DNA of 64,000 nucleotides, from the NCBI GenBank assembly GCA_963778115.1, contig CAVZSV010000004.1, positions 2,560,001-2,624,000 on the forward strand, written 5' to 3'. Position 1 is the stretch's first letter; the number at the start of each line of letters is the position of its first letter. Below are positions 57,621 through 64,000 of this stretch, piece by piece. The stretch comes from an uncultured delta proteobacterium. Lineage in GTDB: Bacteria; Bdellovibrionota; FAC87; UBA2466. A program made the position numbers and the translations under genes. The notes below the pieces were generated by a model. That model was not told where the DNA came from, did not search any database, and saw nothing but the letters and a program-made list of their open reading frames with translations.

Positions 57621-58847
57621 GTGGTTGAGACGGTATTTTACTACTTCGCCCTGGTTGCTGTGATAATCATCACTTACGTCTTGGCTCGTCGCCCTCTCAA
57701 CCGGCGGCTTCGCGAAATCAATCACAAGTATTTGAATACAGTGGAGAATGCCGCCGAGGGCATCGTTCAAACCACACGGGAAGGTAAATTTTTGGCGGCA
57801 AATACGGCCTTTGCACAGATGCTGGACTACGAATCCGGCGCTGAACTCATGGAGAGGGTGGACGATATCAACCACCAGATTTACGTGAACCCCGAGGTTC
57901 GACAGCGGTTTCTGTCAGATTTAGACAAAGATGGCCGGGCTCGTTGTGAGTATGAGGCCTTTCGGAAAGACGGATCCACTACGTGGTTGTTTGCTAGTTC
58001 GCGGGTAGTCGAGAGCCGGGAAGGGGAGTTCCTGTATTACGAGAGTATCGTCGAGGATGTCTCCGAACGAAGAGCGAGGGAAGCTGAGTTAAAGGAAATC
58101 GCGAGTTCTCTTTCTCGTTCCAATATGGAACTCCAGCGCTTCGCCCATACCGTGGCACACGATCTCATGGAACCGATTCGAACAGTTAATACCTATGTCG
58201 AAATGCTTGCTCGAACCTACCGCGACAAAATAGGCCCCGACGCTGAAACTCATATCGGTTTTATTACTTCAAGCATGAAGAGGTTAAAAAATTTCATTGA
58301 TGATATCTTGGCATTCTCCCGTGTCGATTGGCAGTCGAACGAGTCAGAACACGTAGACATGAATCAGGTGACCCGAGAGGTTCTTGAAAATTTAGGCGCT
58401 GTCATTAAAGAATCGAAAGCGGAAATTCACGTTAGTAAACTACCCGTGGTTTGCGGAGAGCGGGTGAAATACCAGCGGTTGTTTCAGAATCTCATGAGCA
58501 ACGCCATCAAGTTCCGCGGTGACAACCCTCCAAAGATTTCTATTACGTCCACCAAGAACGGCAGGCGTTGGCTATTCACCCTTCAGGATAATGGCATTGG
58601 CTTCGACAACCGTCATGCGGAGCGGATTTTTGAATTCTTTTCGCGACTCAACGATCAATCGAAATATCCTGGATCGGGAATGGGGCTAGCCGTGTGTAAG
58701 AGGATAGTGGAACTTGAAGGAGGCAGAATTTGGGCAGAGTCATCCCCCGGGAAGGGAACTAAATTCATGTTCACGCTCCCCGAGGCGACCGATCCGTGTT
58801 TGCAACCTGCGACACCCTCTAGTTTGGCTTCTGTTTCCGCCTCGTAA
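57621..58847 (+). CDS. PAS-domain sensor histidine kinase (start uncertain)
   Basis: TM segment, PAS/PAC (RKDG, DVSER), ELQRFAHTVAHDL H-box, NAIKF, DNGIG, GSGMGL and GKGT boxes. Confidence 0.92.
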   Translation: MVETVFYYFALVAVIIITYVLARRPLNRRLREINHKYLNTVENAAEGIVQTTREGKFLAANTAFAQMLDYESGAELMERVDDINHQIYVNPEVRQRFLSDLDKDGRARCEYEAFRKDGSTTWLFASSRVVESREGEFLYYESIVEDVSERRAREAELKEIASSLSRSNMELQRFAHTVAHDLMEPIRTVNTYVEMLARTYRDKIGPDAETHIGFITSSMKRLKNFIDDILAFSRVDWQSNESEHVDMNQVTREVLENLGAVIKESKAEIHVSKLPVVCGERVKYQRLFQNLMSNAIKFRGDNPPKISITSTKNGRRWLFTLQDNGIGFDNRHAERIFEFFSRLNDQSKYPGSGMGLAVCKRIVELEGGRIWAESSPGKGTKFMFTLPEATDPCLQPATPSSLASVSAS

Positions 58848-58871
58848 CAAAAGGGCTATTCCCGTCAAAAT

Positions 58872-59039
58872 CTAGGCTGCTTTGCTTTTATATTTTCTCG
58901 GGTTTTCGTCGAACTCAGCCTTACATTTGGGAGAGCAAAACGCGATCTGCGTTCCGTTGTAGTCGCTGGTCCATTCGCCATCTTTCTTGACCGGCATTCC
59001 GCAGACAGGATCTTTTTGTTGTTTGCTACCTTCGTTCAT
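58872..59039 (-). CDS. YHS-domain small protein (55 aa, not in the ORF track)
   Basis: MNEGSKQQKDPVCGMPV...YNGTQIAFCSPKCKAEFDENPRKY; RBS GGAGG; sigma54 motif upstream. Confidence 0.88.
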   Translation of the reverse strand: MNEGSKQQKDPVCGMPVKKDGEWTSDYNGTQIAFCSPKCKAEFDENPRKYKSKAA

Positions 59040-59068
59040 AGAGAGACCTCCAGTTGATCTAGGAACTT

Positions 59069-59123
59069 TGCAAGCGAAGTGCCATCGCGTTCCAAAGATG
59101 AGTCAACTGGCATTCCAATTGCA
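59069..59123. promoter_or_regulatory. back-to-back divergent sigma54 promoters
   Basis: Minus strand TGGCAC-TTCGC-TTGCA (59069-59084); plus strand TGGCAT-TCCAA-TTGCA (59108-59123). Confidence 0.8.
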
Positions 59124-59191
59124 GAAAGTAACTCATCGAATCGCGACATCTAATGAGTCGTCGTTTTTCGCAACTTTAGAAAGGAAGGCCC

Positions 59192-59749
59192 ATGGCTGAT
59201 TTCGAAGATTATATTACGGAAGTTAAGGAAAATGCCCGTCGGCGAATCACGGAAGGGGCAGTGACTGATGCATATAAAGGCGATCGACAGAAGGTCATCC
59301 AGCTATTGAATGATGCATTAGCCAGCGAACTAGTATGCGTTTTGCGATACCGGCAACATTATTATATGGCTTCCGGAATCGCCGCTGATTCGGTGCGCAA
59401 AGAGTTTTTGGAGCACGCTGAAGAGGAACAGACGCATGTGAACTGGCTCACCGAACGCATTACCCAGCTAAACGGGGTTCCCAATTATAATCCTAAGGGG
59501 CTTGCCGATCGATCCGTCACTCAATACAAGACCTGCGAGACCACTTTGGAAATGATAGAGGAGAATCTCGTCGCGGAACGCATCGTGATTCAGCTCTATT
59601 CAGAATTTATCCGCTATGTGGGCAATGATGACCCTACTACCCGACGGGTCTTTGAGAAGATTCTAGCCGATGAAGAGGAGCACGCGGAAGATCTTGCTAC
59701 TTTGCTAGGAAACATGGGAGCAGCGATCCCAAAAGAGACGGCGGCTTAA
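59192..59749 (+). CDS. bacterioferritin-like ferritin-family protein
   Basis: LNDALASELVCVLRY, EHAEEEQTH, ENLVAER, DPTTR and DEEEH motifs. Confidence 0.9.
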   Translation: MADFEDYITEVKENARRRITEGAVTDAYKGDRQKVIQLLNDALASELVCVLRYRQHYYMASGIAADSVRKEFLEHAEEEQTHVNWLTERITQLNGVPNYNPKGLADRSVTQYKTCETTLEMIEENLVAERIVIQLYSEFIRYVGNDDPTTRRVFEKILADEEEHAEDLATLLGNMGAAIPKETAA

Positions 59750-59757
59750 AATAAAAA

Positions 59758-59807
59758 TGGGGGACTCGAGCGGCGTCTCAATTGAAAGATCCGTTCGAGC
59801 CCCCCAT
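59758..59807. terminator. hairpin between convergent genes
   Basis: ATGGGGG.CTCGAGCGG / CCGTTCGAG.CCCCCAT imperfect stem. Confidence 0.6.
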
Positions 59808-59826
59808 CGGTTGTTCCAGGACTCGA

Positions 59827-60054
59827 TTAGCTTTGTCCGAGATCGTCATCGAGGGATTCGTCGTCCTCAAGCGATTTGGTTACGCCGAAGCGGCTAGTGG
59901 TTTGTTCTTCTTCTTCCTCCTCCTCGTCTTTGCTCTTGTCTAGACTTTGACGATTTTCGGTTTCTCCTACCTTCTTCAAGTGGTCTTTTTTTATTTTGTT
60001 ATCAAACTGTCCCTTGTCATCGTAACCGCCTTTTTTGGCTCCTTGCTGTCCCAT
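59827..60054 (-). CDS. small hydrophilic acidic protein
   Basis: RBS AAGGAG; 75 aa, D/E/K-rich. Confidence 0.65.
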   Translation of the reverse strand: MGQQGAKKGGYDDKGQFDNKIKKDHLKKVGETENRQSLDKSKDEEEEEEEQTTSRFGVTKSLEDDESLDDDLGQS

Positions 60055-60097
60055 GACACACTCCTTAGTTTTTTATAATTACTTAGCGCATGAGATG

Positions 60098-60247
60098 CTA
60101 TTCATCTCTTTCGGACGGGCTCCTAGTTTCCGTTCTGCTTTCGGCGCCTCGTCCGTTTCGTCCTACGTGTCCTTTCATGCTGCTTTGTTTTTCGTTCCTG
60201 GAACTTACTTTTTTCTTTGATCCACTACGTGGATTTCTGCGTGCCAT
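60098..60247 (-). CDS. small basic hydrophilic protein (49 aa)
   Basis: RBS AAGGAG before MARRNPRSGSKKK; perfect sigma54 motif upstream. Confidence 0.6.
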   Translation of the reverse strand: MARRNPRSGSKKKVSSRNEKQSSMKGHVGRNGRGAESRTETRSPSERDE

Positions 60248-60282
60248 TTTAGTCTCCTTGTTTGAGTGACATGGGAGCGAAT

Positions 60283-60298
60283 TGCAATCGCAGTGCCA
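60283..60298 (-). promoter_or_regulatory. sigma54 -24/-12 promoter
   Basis: TGGCAC-TGCGA-TTGCA. Confidence 0.78.
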
Positions 60299-60606
60299 GT
60301 CGTTTCCCCCCGCGTTCTGATTGGATACTGCGAACCAATAGGGGCCATTTAGGCTCATATCTTACGCAATGAGGGTTTTTATCGCGCAGGAAAGAGGTTT
60401 TAACGACGAGGTTCCTGACCAACTAACGGAACGCGTTAGCCAGCGACTTGCTGCAACAAGCAGCTGTCGTGAGCATTTCGCCTCAGAATTGCCGTCGACG
60501 TTTGTTAACGGGAGTCGCAAAGCTGCGCCCAGCTCGATTGCCGGGTGGATGAGTTTACGATACTTTAAACGCGTCTAGATCTTAATCTAAATAATTGGGA
60601 GACAAT

Positions 60607-62181
60607 ATGAAACTGCTTTCGGTCGTAGCGATCGCCTGCGCGTTGGGTATTTCGTTGTCTAGTAAAGCGGTATCCATTCAAGTCGTGCTCCGTCTTCAAG
60701 AGCGCGTCTCGATGGATACTTTGGCCAAAAACGTAATGGATCCGACTTCTCCTCGGTATCGGCAGTTTTACACCCCGGAAGAGATTAGAGACATTGCGGG
60801 TCCCACCGATTCCGACTATGCCATGTTACTCACCAATCTGAAGAAAGAGGGAGTGACCATTGTTGATGAATCGGCCACCCATCTCTTCGTTACGGTGAAA
60901 GCGGAGCAATCGGTCCTGGAACACCTGTTTCACGTTACCGTGAAACCTATGAACCACTCGACACTGCACTCCTATACGGGAACGGTAAGAATTCCCCGTA
61001 CGTTAAGTCCAGTCGTGTCAGTGACTGGTTTGGATAACCGGAGACATTCGTTTCCCAAGCATATCGTGGCCGGCAAAGCTCACGATCTTGGCGGAAGCGG
61101 AGTGTCACTGCAGACGATTCGCACCGTCTACGGATTTGATCCTTTATATACGGCGGGATTGACCGGCAAAAATCAGGACCTCGCTATCGCCACCTATGAC
61201 GATTTCGATGCCACGATTGTTGCCAGTTACTACCAACAGCAAGGGCTGAACCCGGCACCCACGGTAGACAAAATTCCAGTAAACGGGACTCCTCAAACGA
61301 ACGACAATTCCGCGATGGAGACCTGTGTCGACGCCGAGTTCTCGGGCGCATTAGCTCCCGGTGCTCGTATTCATGTGTACAGCTCGGCCACTAACGACGA
61401 TGCGGGTGAGCTAGCGTTATTCACCAAGATCCTCGACGACAACGTATCCAAGGTAGCCAATTATAGTTGGGGCGGTTGTGAGAAAGACCTCACTTCCCAG
61501 CACCAATCGGATATGGCTCCTGTATTCGCACGAGCCGTCGCTCAGGGCGTCAATATCATGATCGCTTCCGGTGATTCGGGTTCCGCATGTGCCGAAGCCG
61601 ATGCCAGCGGAAACGTGACCGGTTATGTCGATCCGATGGCAGATTGGCCAGCGGCGAATCCCAATGTGGTCGCGGTCGGAGGAGTCACGTTAGATACCTC
61701 CTCGACGAGCTCTCTTAGCGAAACCGCATGGAGTGGCAATGGCGCTGCCGGCGGCAGTGGCGGCGGCATCAGCACGATTTGGGATTTACCCTCGTGGCAA
61801 TCTCAGTTGGGCGGCGTTTATGTGAAGCGCTCCTATCCGGATGTCGCTTTCAATGCTAACCCTTCATCGGGACAATCCGCTCTCGTTAACGAGTTCGGAA
61901 TTCCGCTTCCTATGGTCATTGGGGGAACCAGTATTGCGGCTCCGCAATGGTCAGGATTCATGTTGTTAGTCGGCGAAGCACGGGCGAAAGCCAATCTTCA
62001 GCCGCTGGGATTTCTGAATCCGATTATCTACGCCATGTCGACGACGGATCGCGCGGCTGCGTTTGACGATGTGACGCAAGGAAATAACGGCAAGTACAAC
62101 GCCGGTCCTGGTTGGGACGCCGTGACGGGTTGGGGCGGTATGCATGCGTCGGCTCTTGAAGCGTATTTGACGACTCACTAA
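60607..62181 (+). CDS. S53 (sedolisin/kumamolisin) serine protease with pro-domain
   Basis: Signal peptide; DPTSPRY pro-domain motif; ETCVD, SWG, ASGDSG, GGTS and GWDAVTGWG motifs. Confidence 0.93.
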   Translation: MKLLSVVAIACALGISLSSKAVSIQVVLRLQERVSMDTLAKNVMDPTSPRYRQFYTPEEIRDIAGPTDSDYAMLLTNLKKEGVTIVDESATHLFVTVKAEQSVLEHLFHVTVKPMNHSTLHSYTGTVRIPRTLSPVVSVTGLDNRRHSFPKHIVAGKAHDLGGSGVSLQTIRTVYGFDPLYTAGLTGKNQDLAIATYDDFDATIVASYYQQQGLNPAPTVDKIPVNGTPQTNDNSAMETCVDAEFSGALAPGARIHVYSSATNDDAGELALFTKILDDNVSKVANYSWGGCEKDLTSQHQSDMAPVFARAVAQGVNIMIASGDSGSACAEADASGNVTGYVDPMADWPAANPNVVAVGGVTLDTSSTSSLSETAWSGNGAAGGSGGGISTIWDLPSWQSQLGGVYVKRSYPDVAFNANPSSGQSALVNEFGIPLPMVIGGTSIAAPQWSGFMLLVGEARAKANLQPLGFLNPIIYAMSTTDRAAAFDDVTQGNNGKYNAGPGWDAVTGWGGMHASALEAYLTTH

Positions 62182-62228
62182 GTGTTAACGGTGACCGCCG
62201 CCGTATCGGGCGGTCTCCAGGGTTTAAC

Positions 62229-62270
62229 AATGGGGCAATCGACGAAGTCTGTCGGTTGCCCCGTTTTTTT
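62229..62270 (+). terminator. intrinsic terminator
   Basis: AATGGGGCAATCGAC/GTCGGTTGCCCCGTT hairpin followed by a T tract. Confidence 0.85.
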
Positions 62271-62595
62271 GATTTTAGGGGCGAAGGTGGTAATCAGATC
62301 CCATGCCCGATTATCGGTTTAAAGTAGACTTCGCTCTCAACGTCAGAAAATCAGAATGTACCGAAATCCGATAACCGCCCGAGGGATTGGTAAAATTTCT
62401 CAGAACATAAGACTCAAGCAAACGAGGTGAATGAAGTTCCTTGGACTGTTTGTTTATCATGAATTCCGAGATGGCGAGAATGGGTTCGATTTCTTGGGAG
62501 GCGGCACATCATTTCTGAGTCACCTTCCATGAAAAAAAACACCGATATTACGTATTTGAATTGAATAATTCTACAATTCAGGTTCATAAACGGGC

Positions 62596-63120
62596 ATGTA
62601 CTCAGTCAGACAAAAACGGGAAGTATTCCATTTTCTCTTTCTGGAGAAACTGCTTAAGGTCTCGGATCCTAAACTCTATATTCTAAAGGGCGGAGTGAAT
62701 CTCCGCTTCTTCTTTCATAGCCCGAGGTACTCCGAAGACATGGGTATAGCTGTTGTTGGAGGTGCGGTCCAAACCTAAAAAAAGAACGGCTATAAAATAT
62801 TAGAAGATGCCTCTTTTCAGAGAGGATTGCGGGCATTCGAAATTGAGCGCCTCATCCTAAACGATCCGGCCAAAGCCAAACAAACCGAAACCGTTCAGCG
62901 TTTTCGAGTTCGCTTGATAACATCCGCGGGAGAAGAACTTCCCACCAAAGTAGAGTTCTCGAGGCGTGGTAAGGGCGCTTTCGCCTATTCGGTCGATCGG
63001 GCGGATCCTGAGATTGCGCGCAGCTACCAAAGATTGGCTTTCCGTTGCCCACATTACACTGGGGAATCGGCCGTGCTCCAGAAAGTGATTGCACTCGCGG
63101 ACCGAGATTTAACTCAAGCC
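62596..63120 (+). pseudogene. AbiEii-family nucleotidyltransferase (type IV TA toxin) pseudogene
   Basis: LKGG.NLRFF..SPRYSEDM motif; in-frame TAA at 62776-62778; frame continues to TKVEFS and QKVIALADR...ARDL, then runs into the opposite-strand gene. Confidence 0.8.
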
Positions 63121-63774
63121 CGGGATCTGCCAACCCAGGCCCATTTCCAAGTTAGCATCAGCAAATTCCACGGCGTGAGTTCTAATCATCGCTCGGCCCA
63201 ACGGGGTGTTATCGGGATTAAGGTTGGCTTCGGCATAAATAAGAAGATCATTAGCCGTGGGGAATAACGCTCCACGCCCCTGAGTCGCTTCAGAGAACTC
63301 CCACGGCACTAGCTTCTCTCCGTCTCCGCCATAACCAATTACCAGTCGATTCATCTGCTCGTCATTGGGAAGGATAACGGTGTCCTTCATTCCCAGAGGT
63401 TCCGTAATACGGGTCCGAATAAGGTCCGCAAACGTCATTCCCCCAGCCCGGGATAGCGCCGTCCCCAAAAGGCTAAAACCCAAGTTAGAATAACCGTAAT
63501 TTCCGCGTCCCGGTTGGCCCGGAAAATGGTCCACCGTAAAAGGTTGGATGAGCCGCTCACGATTCAACCAATAGTAAGGATTAAAATCGAAATAAGGATG
63601 GCCGGTATATCCGGGAGGCATTCGAGGTAGCCCCGAAGTATGGGTGGCAAGCTCGCGTAGGGTCACACCGGAAATTTTAGTTTGCCGCGTCTCGGGAATC
63701 AGGCGATCCGAAGAGATTGCTTCATCCTTTTCCACCTGACTTATCGCGTCGAAGAGAGTACTGTAGCCGTCCAA
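63109..63774 (-). pseudogene. serine hydrolase (beta-lactamase/AmpC-like) fragment
   Basis: LATHTSGLPR, YSNLGF, PLGMKDT and MGLGW present; catalytic SxxK and C-terminal HxG absent. Confidence 0.7.
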
Positions 63775-63862
63775 GCTAGGGAGTAAAGGCTTCTCAACCT
63801 CATCTGATTATCATCCTCGATCAGAAGCCCGTCCTTTCCTTGAATGCGGACGGTAAAGTGTC

Positions 63863-64000
63863 ATGGATTCAGAGAAAATTTCAGGTCGAGTTGAGGATTC
63901 ACGAAAGAAGGACCAGAATTCGCGGGAGGGCCTGCCTCCGGTGAATGACTTTCCCATCGTCGGGATCGGAGCTTCCGCCGGAGGTCTCGAAACCTTCACA
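63863..64000 (+). CDS. CheB methylesterase domain protein (probably a CheB/CheR fusion), N-terminus only
   Basis: Open frame MDSEKIS...FPIVGIGASAGGLETFT running off the window edge. Confidence 0.85.
   Translation, partial: MDSEKISGRVEDSRKKDQNSREGLPPVNDFPIVGIGASAGGLETFT

Noticed and set aside
63811..63999. Minus-strand 62-aa ORF
   Set aside because: Antisense to the CheB-domain frame, which carries the GIGASAGG motif

Overview
A 64-kb bacterial chromosomal segment of moderate GC, probably from a Bdellovibrionota/Oligoflexia-like organism (inferred from a TIGR02147/DUF4423-type gene, many orphan lipoproteins and abundant sigma54 motifs). It carries housekeeping genes (ugpB/ugpQ-like pair, dCMP deaminase, tRNA-Leu(TAA), DEAD-box helicase, type-2 ileS) among many secreted or lipoprotein genes. 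Four genes are split by single-base frameshifts, which may be assembly errors. The best candidate for an undescribed system is at 20.1-24.1 kb: a secreted two-cassette (Gly-His-His)n peptide followed by a di-heme c protein, an SdpA/DUF5819-like protein, an SdpB/HTTM (vitamin K-dependent carboxylase-like) membrane protein and a methyltransferase, an arrangement resembling a RiPP or metal-binding peptide maturation locus. Other highlights: 14 sigma54 (-24/-12) motifs, most of them in a general-stress-like gene block at 45-60 kb; a sigma54-driven, ORF-less, ACAAC-rich transcript (a candidate CrcZ-like sRNA); an acyl-CoA dehydrogenase / cytoplasmic PhnD-like / TusA-ferritin operon; tandem repeats carrying copies of the tRNA-Leu 3' end; and an unclassified structured RNA near 2.0-2.2 kb. 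All family calls come from recognising motifs by eye; no database search was run.
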